From: Candidatus Hydrogenedentota bacterium
Lineage (GTDB): Bacteria; Hydrogenedentota; Hydrogenedentia; Hydrogenedentales; SLHB01
Reading direction: 5' to 3'
Length of the DNA stretch: 64,000 nucleotides
NCBI GenBank assembly: GCA_963674865.2
Contig: CAXXYE010000009.1
Location: forward strand, 1,632,001 to 1,696,000
Positions within the stretch are counted from its first letter, which is position 1. The number at the start of each line of letters is the position of its first letter. The position numbers and the translations under genes are program-made. Positions 47,203 through 57,451 of this stretch are shown here, piece after piece. A model generated the notes under the pieces. It saw nothing but the letters and a program-made list of their open reading frames with translations. It searched no databases and was not told the DNA's origin.

Positions 47203-49656
47203 ATGGAACGATTGATGCGATTCAGACTCGGTATCTGGGCCATGGCCGGCGCGGTCCTTCTGGCTGCATGGATGGGCTGTCCGCAACATGCTGTGGCACA
47301 AGGTGTTACGGAAGGATGCCTCCAGGTAATCGACGATGAAGGCCGGCCCAAGGAGCTGTGTCCGCTCAAGCATACGGACGTGGACGTGGCCATCTCGGGC
47401 TTCATCGCCAGGGTGACGCTGACGCAGCAGTTCAAGAATCCCTATGACGAGCCCATCGAGGCCGTATATACGTTCCCGATGTCGGATCGGGCGGCGGTGG
47501 ACTCGATGACGATGGTTATCGGCGATCGGGTGATTAAGGGCGTGATCAAGCGCCGCGAGGAGGCGCGCCGGATTTATGAAGCGGCCAAGCAGGCCGGGCA
47601 GACGGCCAGCCTGCTGGATCAGGAGCGCCCGAATATCTTCACGCAATCGGTGGCGAATATCATGCCCGGAGCGGGAATCGACATCACCATCTCCTACGTC
47701 GAATACCTCAAGTACGAGGACGGAGAGTACGAGTATTCCTTTCCGATGGTGGTGGGGCCGCGCTATATCCCAGGGCAGCCCACCCCTCCGCCTGATGACG
47801 CTATCCAGCCGGACGTGGTGACGGGGCTGCGTCCGGGGCCGGTGAGTACGGATCAGGTGCCGGACGCGAGCCGGATTACGCCTCCCGTTACGCCGAAAGG
47901 CACCCGCGCCGGGCACGATATCGCGGTGCGCGTTCACCTGGACGCCGGCGTAGCGATCCAAGACGTTCGCTCCGAGTTGCACGAGGTGGTTGTCGAGCGG
48001 CCGTCCGACAACGAAGCGGCCGTTACGCTCAAAGCGAAGGATGAGATTCCGAACCGGGATTTCGTACTGCGTTATGCCGTGGCCGGCGCCGAGATTGACG
48101 ACGCGGTGCTCGTCCACGCGGGGGAGCACGGCGGCTTCTTCACGTTGATTCTCCAGCCGCCGGAGCGCGTTGCTCCCGAGGAGATCACGCCCAAAGAGAT
48201 GATCTTCGTGATCGATCGGAGCGGCTCGATGAGCGGATTTCCCATCGAGAAGGCCAAGAAGACGATGCGGCTGTGTATCGAGCAGATGAATCCGAACGAT
48301 ACCTTCAACCTCGTGTCGTTCTCGTCGGGCCTAGGCTATTGCTTCGAGAAACCGATGTTGAATACGCCGGAAAACCGGAAGAGGGCCCTCGAGTACCTGG
48401 ACGATTTGCACGGGAGCGGGGGCACGGAGATGATGAAAGCCATCCACGCCGCGCTCGAAAACCAGAATGATCCTGAGCGACTTCGCGTCGTGTGCTTCAT
48501 GACGGACGGCTACATCGGGAACGATATGGCCATCCTGGACGCGATTCAGAAGAACGCCGGCACGGCGCGCGTCTTCGCCTTCGGAATCGGCAACAGCGTC
48601 AACCGCTTCCTCATTGAGGGTATGGCGCGCGCGGGGCGCGGGGCGTCTGAGGTCGTCACGCTGGCTGCTGACGGGGATGACGCGGTTGAGCGATTCCACG
48701 AGCGCGTACATAGCCCGATTCTCACGGATATCACCGTGGACTTCGGCGCCTTGGCCATCGAGGATGTGTATCCCGACCCCGGCGCGATTCCGGATCTGTT
48801 CGCGGCGCGGCCCCTGATGCTCAAAGGGCGTTACACCATGTCGGGCGAGGGCGTGATCACCGTGCGTGGGCAGACGGCCGCCGGGCCGTTCGAGCGCGCC
48901 ATCACGGTGACGCTTCCCGAGTCGGAGCCGGAGCATGATGTGCTGGCGCCGCTCTGGGCGAGGGCGCGCATCGCGTGGTTGATGGATCAGGACTGGCGGG
49001 GGATCCAGCGGGGGCAGCCCGCTGAGGACATCAAAGAGGCCATTACGCAGCTCGGCTTGACGTACAGCCTCGTCACGCAATTTACCAGCTTTGTCGCGGT
49101 TGAGGAGAAGGTGGTCAACGAGGGTGGCCAGTCGAAGACGGTGCAAGTGCCAGTCGAAATGCCTGACGGGGTGAGCTACACGGGCGTATTTGGCGAGCGC
49201 GAGGAACTCGCCGAGGGGGTCGCATTCGGAGCCCCCATGAAGGCGCGCGGGGCCGGTGCCATGAAGGTCCTGGGGAACGCCTTCTTCAGGACCCAGGCTG
49301 CGGCCGACGCGAGTGCGCCCGTGTCTCCGGAGATGGCGAGGGGCCGCATTCAATCGACCGAACTGAAGGAAGAAGTGAAGGCGAAGCTGCACCCGCTGCT
49401 GCGGGGCCTGCCGAGCAAGGTCGTCAACGGGACATACACTAGCGGCGCTGTGAAGGTGCGCGATGGGGCGCTCGATGTGTTCATTCAGTTGACGGATGAC
49501 TCGGCTGCACGCCTCGACGCGTTGAAGAAGCTGGGTGTGAAGGTGGTGTCGCATACGCGGGCCACCAAGACGCTCCTGGCGAAGGTGCGCGTCGAAGACC
49601 TCGTGAAGCTCGCGGGACTAGACTTCGTGAAACGGATTGACCCTCCAACGTACTAG
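47203..49656 (+). CDS. Secreted VIT + VWA domain protein
   Basis: Signal peptide; F.NP..EPIEAVYTFP, LLDQERPNIF, MIDAS DRSGSM, GGTE, TDG, TQFTSFVAVEE. Confidence 0.9.
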   Translation: MERLMRFRLGIWAMAGAVLLAAWMGCPQHAVAQGVTEGCLQVIDDEGRPKELCPLKHTDVDVAISGFIARVTLTQQFKNPYDEPIEAVYTFPMSDRAAVDSMTMVIGDRVIKGVIKRREEARRIYEAAKQAGQTASLLDQERPNIFTQSVANIMPGAGIDITISYVEYLKYEDGEYEYSFPMVVGPRYIPGQPTPPPDDAIQPDVVTGLRPGPVSTDQVPDASRITPPVTPKGTRAGHDIAVRVHLDAGVAIQDVRSELHEVVVERPSDNEAAVTLKAKDEIPNRDFVLRYAVAGAEIDDAVLVHAGEHGGFFTLILQPPERVAPEEITPKEMIFVIDRSGSMSGFPIEKAKKTMRLCIEQMNPNDTFNLVSFSSGLGYCFEKPMLNTPENRKRALEYLDDLHGSGGTEMMKAIHAALENQNDPERLRVVCFMTDGYIGNDMAILDAIQKNAGTARVFAFGIGNSVNRFLIEGMARAGRGASEVVTLAADGDDAVERFHERVHSPILTDITVDFGALAIEDVYPDPGAIPDLFAARPLMLKGRYTMSGEGVITVRGQTAAGPFERAITVTLPESEPEHDVLAPLWARARIAWLMDQDWRGIQRGQPAEDIKEAITQLGLTYSLVTQFTSFVAVEEKVVNEGGQSKTVQVPVEMPDGVSYTGVFGEREELAEGVAFGAPMKARGAGAMKVLGNAFFRTQAAADASAPVSPEMARGRIQSTELKEEVKAKLHPLLRGLPSKVVNGTYTSGAVKVRDGALDVFIQLTDDSAARLDALKKLGVKVVSHTRATKTLLAKVRVEDLVKLAGLDFVKRIDPPTY

Positions 49657-49674
49657 AACCGATGGAGAGCGATT

Positions 49675-49711
49675 GCGGCGTCCGGCCTTGGCCGGGCGCC
49701 GCCTCTTTGTT
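49675..49711 (+). terminator. Probable terminator between convergent genes
   Basis: GCGGCGTCCGGCC-TT-GGCCGGGCGCCGC hairpin followed by CTCTTTGTT. Confidence 0.55.
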
Positions 49712-49715
49712 CGAG

Positions 49716-50933
49716 TTACGCGTCCGGTGTCGGCGCGCCCGTCAGGAAGCGCCGGACCTGTTCGAGGGAAACGACCGCGACGCGCATTTGGCTGCGAGTA
49801 TCGGTGCCGGGATAGCTGGCTTCCCAGTGAACATCTCCGTCGGGACAGACAAAGAGCCCGGTGGTCTTGTGCGTGGCATGATCGAAGTGGAGTCCGATGG
49901 CGCAGTCGGCCTTGAACCGTGCGCGGGCCTCTTCAGCCATGCCGCGCGCTGTGGCTAGAGGTTCATCCTCTGGGGCGGCCGACGGCAGGACATGTCCCCC
50001 AGCGAAGCTCTTGGCGTCCGCTGCGGACAGCCGCTGCGCGAGCATGCCGCCCGTCTGCGTTTCCGCGAGCGCGAGCCGCCACCCGCGTGCGTCGATCAGC
50101 CCATCGACTACGCCCTCGAGTGTCTCATCGTCAACGCCCATGATGAGTCCGGGCAAGAGCGCGCGGACCTGGATGTCTACGGTATCGATCAGTTGCTCCG
50201 CCTCCTCCACGGAATCGGCGCGCGCCGTGATGCGGATGCGCACTGCATCGGGCGAGGCAAGGACGCCCACGGTGGGATTCTGGCCGGTTCGGATCAAATG
50301 GCCGATGGCGGTGTCCACGCTCGATTCGCCCACGCCGCAAACCTTGAGTACGCGCCAGCGAATCACACCCGCGATGCCGAATTGCTCTCGGAGATAGGGA
50401 ATGACGCTATCCACAAGCATCGGCTTGAGTTCGCCGGGAACGCCGGGCATGGCGATGATCACGCCGCGGGAGTCACCGACGATGAGGCCGGGCGCGGTGC
50501 CGTTCGGATTCTTGATGGCAACGGCTCCCCGCGGGGCAAATGCCTGTTTGCGATTATTCTCCGACATGGGCCGGCGAAATTGGGCAAAGCGGGCGGCCAG
50601 TTGCTCGTAAAGATCCTGACGGAACTCGAGGGATAGGTCGAATAGCTCCGCGATGCACTCCCGAGTGATGTCGTCCTCCGTTGGCCCAAGGCCTCCGGAA
50701 GTCAAGACGACGTTAGAGCGCTGGAGGGCGCCCTCAAGGGCGCGGCGGATTCGCTCCGGATTGTCCCCCACGGTGGTCTTCTGGAAGAGACTGATGCCGT
50801 TCTCGGCCAGCGTCGTGCCCATGAAGGCTGCGGTGGTATCCACGATCTGGCCGAGGAGCAGCTCGGTGCCGATCATGACGATCTCGGCACGAATATCGCA
50901 GCGTGGAGGATTTGTCTCGGATGGAGTAGGCAT
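49716..50933 (-). CDS. cinA: CinA family protein (MoCF-like domain plus degenerate PncC domain)
   Basis: IGTELLLGQIVDT, VGDN, GGLGPTEDDIT, NPNGTAPG, MPGVP.E. Confidence 0.88.
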   Translation of the reverse strand: MPTPSETNPPRCDIRAEIVMIGTELLLGQIVDTTAAFMGTTLAENGISLFQKTTVGDNPERIRRALEGALQRSNVVLTSGGLGPTEDDITRECIAELFDLSLEFRQDLYEQLAARFAQFRRPMSENNRKQAFAPRGAVAIKNPNGTAPGLIVGDSRGVIIAMPGVPGELKPMLVDSVIPYLREQFGIAGVIRWRVLKVCGVGESSVDTAIGHLIRTGQNPTVGVLASPDAVRIRITARADSVEEAEQLIDTVDIQVRALLPGLIMGVDDETLEGVVDGLIDARGWRLALAETQTGGMLAQRLSAADAKSFAGGHVLPSAAPEDEPLATARGMAEEARARFKADCAIGLHFDHATHKTTGLFVCPDGDVHWEASYPGTDTRSQMRVAVVSLEQVRRFLTGAPTPDA

Positions 50934-50945
50934 GTTTGGCGGCCT

Positions 50946-52193
50946 TCAGAAAGCGTATCGCAACGCGGTGATGAACGTGTTGTTGAGTTGATCCTCGCCG
51001 TCGCCGATGTCGCTGTCGTAGTCAGTCTTCAGGCTTAGTCGGAGACTGAGCTTCTCGGACAAGGCCGTGTCGAAGGCTAGGTTGGACTTCAGGCGGAATT
51101 CACTGATGTCGGGCAACTCGGGCAGCAGGACTAGCTCCTCGGACAGCTTGCACCTTTCGAGCAATTTCTGCTCGTATCTTCCCGTGAGGCGAAGGCTTAT
51201 TTTGTCTTCGCGCTCCGTCTCCTGTTCGACACCGGCTTCCAGGGCCTCAACACCGAGCCGGACGCCTGTTAGCCATTCTTCCGCGGTCCATGTCAGCAAC
51301 GGGAGGAAACTGGCATCGCTGGGCTTCACGTAATTCCAGAAACTATCGCGCGCGCTGTCGCGAGCGGCCTCGTCCTTGTCTTCGAGTTCCCGGATGCTGT
51401 ACTTGTTCCAATACTCGCGGCTGTAGTCCAGTCCGGCGTCCAAGGAGAGCGATACGCGCTCTTTCTTGATGACGTCTGCCCCGACACCGGCGCCCAGCTC
51501 GAATCTGAGGTCCAGTCTGGCGCCTGGATCGTGCTCAAGTCCCGTGTGCCCTAGGATATACAGGCGCTCTCTAGGATAGTACTGGTATTTCGCAGTCCCG
51601 GCAATGCGGCGGGTGTTTACCTGCGAATCGACCTCGCCATAACCCCCGCTCAAGGTAAAACTTAAGGTATGTTTCGGTATCTTGCGGGTGAGTCCGAGGC
51701 CGAGATTGGCGTCGAGTGTATCCGTGTCGCCGCTACGCCACGTGGCGCCGGAGTCCAGAGTTCCAGTCCATTTCTTGGCGCTCTTCTCAGGTGTCTTTTC
51801 GGGGGGGGGAGCGTCGAAGGCGGCCTCGTCACGGGCGATAGCATCCACCTGTCCTAACACAAGTGGCTGGCCGGCCTCGCCCGTGAAAAGGATTTGCGAT
51901 TCGTTCTCCGTAGATAACCGGCCGACAAGGATCTCGCCGTCCTTCATCTTCACGGCCACCGGATCGTCCGTGCCTATCGACACGACTTCACTCGCGTCAA
52001 TGTGAATTTCCCCCGCGTAAGCCGTGCTGAAGACGAGTTTGTCGTCGCCAAGTTGCTCCAACGTCCCGGAGAGGCGATCGCCGTTTTGTAGAAGGACGCT
52101 ATCGCCCTGCGCCATGCCGGCAAACGCGACTAGGGCCGCAAATGCCGTGAGCAGGCGAGGATAGCGCAGCAAGAGTGAGCCTTTTTGCTTCAT
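50946..52193 (-). CDS. DUF481 outer-membrane beta-barrel protein
   Basis: Signal peptide; L.NGDRLSG N-domain; SGDTDT; amphipathic strands; terminal YAF. Confidence 0.78.
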   Translation of the reverse strand: MKQKGSLLLRYPRLLTAFAALVAFAGMAQGDSVLLQNGDRLSGTLEQLGDDKLVFSTAYAGEIHIDASEVVSIGTDDPVAVKMKDGEILVGRLSTENESQILFTGEAGQPLVLGQVDAIARDEAAFDAPPPEKTPEKSAKKWTGTLDSGATWRSGDTDTLDANLGLGLTRKIPKHTLSFTLSGGYGEVDSQVNTRRIAGTAKYQYYPRERLYILGHTGLEHDPGARLDLRFELGAGVGADVIKKERVSLSLDAGLDYSREYWNKYSIRELEDKDEAARDSARDSFWNYVKPSDASFLPLLTWTAEEWLTGVRLGVEALEAGVEQETEREDKISLRLTGRYEQKLLERCKLSEELVLLPELPDISEFRLKSNLAFDTALSEKLSLRLSLKTDYDSDIGDGEDQLNNTFITALRYAF

Positions 52194-52385
52194 AAGTCTG
52201 TCTTTTCAGAGCTTGTACCGAGGCGGGATGGGCCGCAACCTGGACATCCGATGCCTATTAGAACCGATATGGCCCTTCGGAGGCAAGGCGGCGATCAAGT
52301 TGCCCGGCGGATCGCGGCCAGTTGATCCCGTGGCTGTGCGGTTATTACTATCTGCCGCCATAGAACGCAAGCCGAGGGCAGCGGG

Positions 52386-53474
52386 ATGACGGATCCACGG
52401 TACGACACGTATATGGGGCGGGGGCCGAAGCGCATTATCCACTGGGAGCACTGGTCGTGTCCCGATGCGGAAACCTACCTTACGGGCATTGACTACTACG
52501 AACACCCAAAACAGTGCCGGGAGCGCATGCACGCGCTTTATCCGGAACTTGGACTGGGCATCCCCGAGACGGACGTCCCCAAGGCGCGGCCGCGTCTCGC
52601 CGAAGGCGGCCCGAGTTCGGATCCCGAGAAGCACACCGTACGCTGGGGCGACGGTGAGACGGCTACCTGGGAGCATGGCGAGGGATTCTTCTCCTCGCCC
52701 GAAGAGGTGTTTGCCTTCAGTCCGCTCGAAAAGGCCGATTTCTCGGATCTGCCCGTGGTGGAGTCCATTGATTTCTCGAGCGAGGAATCGCTCTACGCCT
52801 ACTACCGTAAGCGGTATCCCGAGGAGTGGGGGGATCAGGCTCCCGAAGGGGACTCCGTCTCGGCCTGCTTCTACAACACAATGTTCATGTGGCCGCTGCT
52901 CACGTTTGGCTGGGAACTGTTCATGGCGTGCTGCCTCGATCCGCGCTTCGAGCGGATTATGGATGAATTCGCCGAGATCAACCGCCGGGTTTTCCGAGTG
53001 TTCGCGCGTCTGCCGATCAACTTCGTTGTCTGCCACGATGATATTGTCACCTCGCGCGGCCCGGTTTGCTCGCCTGCGTGGATGCACCTATACATCTTCC
53101 CTCGGTACGAGGAGTATTGGGGACTGCTGCGTGAGGCAGGCAAGGAAGTCATCTTCATGACGGATGGCTGCGCGGACGCCTACGCGGCTGATGTGATGGC
53201 CTGCGGGGCGCGCGGGATCATCAGCGAGCCTTACACGGACTACAAGGCCCTCGCGCGGCGGTATGACAATCCCTTCATTGCGGGTGAGGGAGATAACCGC
53301 GTGCTGATGCGCAATGATCCCGACGAGATTCGGCGCATGGTGGAATCCATGGCCGAGACGGGACGGATGTCCGGCGGGTATATGATGTGTATTGGCAACC
53401 ACATCCCCTGGAATGTGCCGGGGGAGGCCATCAAGCGATACCTGGAGCTCTCGCGCGACTTGGCGCACCGTTGA
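52386..53474 (+). CDS. Uroporphyrinogen decarboxylase / MtaA-like family protein (divergent)
   Basis: HDDI, FMTDG, GGYMMCIGNHIPWNVP. Confidence 0.72.
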   Translation: MTDPRYDTYMGRGPKRIIHWEHWSCPDAETYLTGIDYYEHPKQCRERMHALYPELGLGIPETDVPKARPRLAEGGPSSDPEKHTVRWGDGETATWEHGEGFFSSPEEVFAFSPLEKADFSDLPVVESIDFSSEESLYAYYRKRYPEEWGDQAPEGDSVSACFYNTMFMWPLLTFGWELFMACCLDPRFERIMDEFAEINRRVFRVFARLPINFVVCHDDIVTSRGPVCSPAWMHLYIFPRYEEYWGLLREAGKEVIFMTDGCADAYAADVMACGARGIISEPYTDYKALARRYDNPFIAGEGDNRVLMRNDPDEIRRMVESMAETGRMSGGYMMCIGNHIPWNVPGEAIKRYLELSRDLAHR

Positions 53475-53508
53475 ATGCGCGGCCGTGTCTAACCGGGAAG
53501 GATAAGAC

Positions 53509-55767
53509 ATGAATTCGTTGATGTGGCACCGCTCACCGGCTTCGGAGTACATCGAGGGCTATCCCGTGGGCAACGGCGTCCTGGCGGCCATGATGCTCGG
53601 CGCCATGCCTGAAGAGCGCATCGCGCTGAACCACGAGTGGCTCTGGCGGGCTAAGGGCCGAAACCGCGACTTTGAGCCGCGCCATCAACACTTGGCGGAG
53701 ATCCGCAGGCTGTTCTTCGAGGGGAAGACGTTCGAAGCGGGAACTCTGGCCAACGAGAAGCTCGGCGGACTCGGGGGCGTGCTGGCCAGAGACGGCTATC
53801 CGAACCGAGTGGACTCCTACCAGCCCGCAGGAGACATGTTTCTGGCGATGCCTGCCGAGGACGCCGTTGACTACCGGCGGGAACTCGATCTATCGAGGGC
53901 CATCGCGAGGGTGCAATACCGCTCCGACGGCATCGAGTTCCGGCGCGAATGCTTCGCCCACGCCACGAGGAAGATCATCTGCGCGCGTCTGTCGACCTCG
54001 GAGGCCGGACGCTTGGACCTAACGGCGCGGCTCTCGCGAGCCGAGGACGCTGAGTGCGCCTTGACGTCTGACGGCGGCGCGGACTGGATTCGGATGTGCG
54101 GGAGGTTCGTTGAAGGCTCGCGGTTCTGTGTGTCGGCGCGTGTGATGGCCCAAGGCGGCGAGAGCGAGGCCGATGCCGCGAGCGCTTGCGTGCAGGTTCG
54201 CGGAGCGGATGACGTCGTCATCGTGCTTACGATCACCGTCGGACACGACGGCGAGGACGTCGAAGCCGCCGCTGAGGAGGCCCTTGCCGATATCCCGGTT
54301 GATTGGGAGGTGCTATTAGCGGAGCATACCGAGCGCTTCCGGACGATTTACGAGCGTGTTTCGCTGGACTTGGGCGGTGAGAACTCAACCGAGCCAACCG
54401 ATGAACGCCTTGCGGCGATGCGGAAGCGCGGCGCCTCCGCCGAGGACGTGATCGCGCTGTACTTCAACTACGGCCGGTACCTGCTCATATGCAGCAGCCT
54501 CATGGGCGAACTTCCCGCGAACCTTCAAGGCAAGTGGAATGAGGACCTGGATCCGCCGTGGCAGTGCGACCTCCACCACGATGTGAACCTTCAGATGAAC
54601 TACTGGCCCGCCGAGGTCTGCAACATGTCCGAGTGCACGGAAGCCCTCTTCCGCCACATCGAGCGTTTCGTGCCTCACGCCCGCGAAATGGCGAAGGCTC
54701 TCTACGACTGCCGGGGTGTTTGGCTCCCCATACAAACCGATCCGTGGGGCCGGGCGACGCCGGAGTCGCGGGGATGGGACGTGTGGATCGGCGCGGCGGC
54801 GTGGCTCGCGCAGCATTTCTGGTGGCGCTACGAGTGGGGGAGCGACGAAGTATTTCTCCGCGAGCGCGCCTATCCGTTTATCAAGAAGGTCGCGGCGTTC
54901 TACGAGGATTACCTTGTGCGTGATGGCCAAGGGCGGCTCGTGCCCGTGCCGTCGCAGTCGCCGGAGAATACCTTTGAAGGCGGCACCAAGCCGGTATCGC
55001 TGTGCATCGGCGCTACCATGGACCTGGAGCTGATCCACGACACGCTCACCCACGCCATCGAAGCGGCCATTATCCTGAACGTGGACGCGGAACTGCGCGA
55101 AGGATGGGCATCGATCCTCGCCGATCTGGCGCCGCTGCAAGTCGGCCGCCATGGCCAATTGCAGGAGTGGCTCGAAGACTATGATGAATGCGAACCTAGC
55201 CACAGGCACATCTCGCACCTATTCGCCCTCTTTCCGGGGGATCGCCTGACATTCGAGCAGGAGCCGGAACTCACGCAAGCGGCGCGGATGTCGCTCTTCC
55301 GGCGGTTAGCGGCTGGGGGAGGGCACACGGGATGGAGCCGGGCCTGGACGGTGTGTTGTCTGGCGCGCCTCCGCGACGGCGAACACGCCCTCATCCACCT
55401 GCGCCACCTCATTCACGACTTCGCCACCATCAGTCTGCTGGACCTACACCCGCCGAGGATTTTCCAGATTGACGGCAATCTTGGCGGCACGGCAGGCATC
55501 GCGGAGATGCTGCTTCAGTCGCACAACGGCGTCGTCCACCTTCTTCCGGCCCTGCCGCGCACATGGCGTTCGGGACGCGTTCGAGGACTTGCGGCAAGGG
55601 GCGGATTCGAGGTGGACCTCACCTGGCAGGACGGCGCATTGGCGGAAGCAACTATCCGTGTGAAACGCGGGGGAGCGTGCAAGATCCGCTACGGCGATCG
55701 GGTGATCGAACTCGACACGGCGCCCGGCGGCCTCTATCGATTGGACGGGGCGCTCAACGCGCTTTGA
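53509..55767 (+). CDS. GH95 alpha-L-fucosidase-like glycoside hydrolase
   Basis: [57 protein letters not shown]. Confidence 0.92.
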   Translation: MNSLMWHRSPASEYIEGYPVGNGVLAAMMLGAMPEERIALNHEWLWRAKGRNRDFEPRHQHLAEIRRLFFEGKTFEAGTLANEKLGGLGGVLARDGYPNRVDSYQPAGDMFLAMPAEDAVDYRRELDLSRAIARVQYRSDGIEFRRECFAHATRKIICARLSTSEAGRLDLTARLSRAEDAECALTSDGGADWIRMCGRFVEGSRFCVSARVMAQGGESEADAASACVQVRGADDVVIVLTITVGHDGEDVEAAAEEALADIPVDWEVLLAEHTERFRTIYERVSLDLGGENSTEPTDERLAAMRKRGASAEDVIALYFNYGRYLLICSSLMGELPANLQGKWNEDLDPPWQCDLHHDVNLQMNYWPAEVCNMSECTEALFRHIERFVPHAREMAKALYDCRGVWLPIQTDPWGRATPESRGWDVWIGAAAWLAQHFWWRYEWGSDEVFLRERAYPFIKKVAAFYEDYLVRDGQGRLVPVPSQSPENTFEGGTKPVSLCIGATMDLELIHDTLTHAIEAAIILNVDAELREGWASILADLAPLQVGRHGQLQEWLEDYDECEPSHRHISHLFALFPGDRLTFEQEPELTQAARMSLFRRLAAGGGHTGWSRAWTVCCLARLRDGEHALIHLRHLIHDFATISLLDLHPPRIFQIDGNLGGTAGIAEMLLQSHNGVVHLLPALPRTWRSGRVRGLAARGGFEVDLTWQDGALAEATIRVKRGGACKIRYGDRVIELDTAPGGLYRLDGALNAL

Positions 55768-55798
55768 TGCCGGGCATTTCTTCACGGGCGCTCGTGTC

Positions 55799-57262
55799 TC
55801 AGGCGCTTGGGTGCGTTGTCGTGCCGTGGCTATAAGGAAGCCATTCCTCGGCCCACCGCTGCTCGATGCCTTCGCGCCATGTTACGGCGGCGTTTGTCAA
55901 TTCGGCGGCGACCTCAGGCTCTTCGTCCTTCAGGTTCCGCTTCTCGCCCATGTCTTCCTCCAGATTGGCGAGGTGGACGTCGTCTTCGGGGGGCGCGCCT
56001 TCCACCAGCCGGCCGTTGAGGACGAGTTTCCACTTACCCCCGCGGGCCGCTGTTTGATCGCCTATCTCCCAGAAGATGTGCTCGTGGGGACTCGGCGCGC
56101 CCTCCGCGGCCATGGGGAGCACATCGCGGCCGTCCAGTTCGTAGTCGGCGGGATCGCCGCCCGCGGCGTTGAGCAGCGTGGGGAAGATATCCATGCTCGC
56201 CCCGGCGCCATCGAGCACCTGGCCCGCGGGGATGTGCCCCGGCCAGGACATGAGCGCGGGGACGCGGACGCCACCCTCGTACAGACTGAACTTGTGGCCC
56301 TTCAATCTGCCTGTTGTGCCGCCGTAGTAGGGATCCTTCGTGCCGTCGAGCCAGTTCCGCGTCTCACGGGATGGGCCGTTATCGCTTTGGAAGAAGACAA
56401 GGGTGTCCTCCGTAATGCCTTGACGGGCCAGCTCGCCGGTGATGGCTCCGACGCCGTCATCGACGGCGCTGAGCATGGCCGCCATGATCCGGCGATCCCA
56501 GGGCAGTTCGGGGAAGCGGTTGAGGTACTTCTCGGGCGCGTGCATCGGATAATGGGGGGCGTTGTAAGGCACGTACAGGAAGAAGGGCCTGTCGCTCTCG
56601 GCGGCCCGGCGGATGAAGTCCACCGCGCGTTGGGTGATGCTTTCGGTGAGATACTGCCCGTTTTCGTAGACCTCGCGGCTGCCTTCCCAGAGATCATGCG
56701 TGGGATCCGTTCGCCCGTCGGCCATTCCCCAATAGAAGATGTGGGAGTAGTAATCAACGCATCCGGCCATGAAGCCGAACCACTCGTCGAATCCATGCCG
56801 GTGCGGGCGGCACTCCTCGGCCAGGCCGAGATGCCACTTGCCGAACATGGCCGTTTGGTAACCGAGCTTCTTCAGCGCCGTGGCGATAGTCGGGACACTG
56901 GGCGGTAGGCCTGAGGCCGTGCGATGTCCGGCGAGGATCGAGCGAACGCCGGCGTTGCCTGGATAGCGTCCGGTGAGGAGGGACGCGCGGGTGGGGGAGC
57001 AGATGGGGGCGTTCGCATACCAATCGGTGAAGCGGACGCCGCTTGCGGCCAAGGCGTCGAGATGCGGCGTGCGGAAGTCCGTCGCGCCCATGCAAGAGAG
57101 GTCGCCATAGCCTTGATCATCCGTCAAGAAAACGATGAAGTTCGGCTGCTTCATGTGTTTGTCCTTCTCGTGTTGGCCGACGAATTCCACAGCGGGGAAC
57201 TGTGCGGAAACAGCCGCTGCTCCGGCGCGCTTCAGGAATCCTCTTCGCGTCTGTAGCGACAT
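55799..57262 (-). CDS. Cys-type sulfatase with Tat-like leader
   Basis: RRGFLK; PNFIVFLTDDQGYGD; CSPTRASLLTGRY; GKWHLG; SDNG. Confidence 0.92.
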   Translation of the reverse strand: MSLQTRRGFLKRAGAAAVSAQFPAVEFVGQHEKDKHMKQPNFIVFLTDDQGYGDLSCMGATDFRTPHLDALAASGVRFTDWYANAPICSPTRASLLTGRYPGNAGVRSILAGHRTASGLPPSVPTIATALKKLGYQTAMFGKWHLGLAEECRPHRHGFDEWFGFMAGCVDYYSHIFYWGMADGRTDPTHDLWEGSREVYENGQYLTESITQRAVDFIRRAAESDRPFFLYVPYNAPHYPMHAPEKYLNRFPELPWDRRIMAAMLSAVDDGVGAITGELARQGITEDTLVFFQSDNGPSRETRNWLDGTKDPYYGGTTGRLKGHKFSLYEGGVRVPALMSWPGHIPAGQVLDGAGASMDIFPTLLNAAGGDPADYELDGRDVLPMAAEGAPSPHEHIFWEIGDQTAARGGKWKLVLNGRLVEGAPPEDDVHLANLEEDMGEKRNLKDEEPEVAAELTNAAVTWREGIEQRWAEEWLPYSHGTTTHPSA

Positions 57263-57451
57263 AGCCGATGTTCGCTCCTGATTCTTGCTTGGCGATGGTA
57301 CTTGCCAATGTCGCCGTTATCAATGCACGAAGCGCGTTCCGGCTACCGGGTGCTTGACTTCAGTGCCGCGCTTCGGGTCTTCTGAGGACGAGTCGTTCCC
57401 GATGTGCTCTGTGTGTGGCCCCAACACGAGATTGAGAATCCCTGGCATCTG

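Noticed and set aside
46978..48129. Long N-terminal extension of the 797-aa minus-strand ORF
   Set aside because: Antisense shadow of the VIT-VWA gene; the real start is the RBS-preceded ATG at 46977
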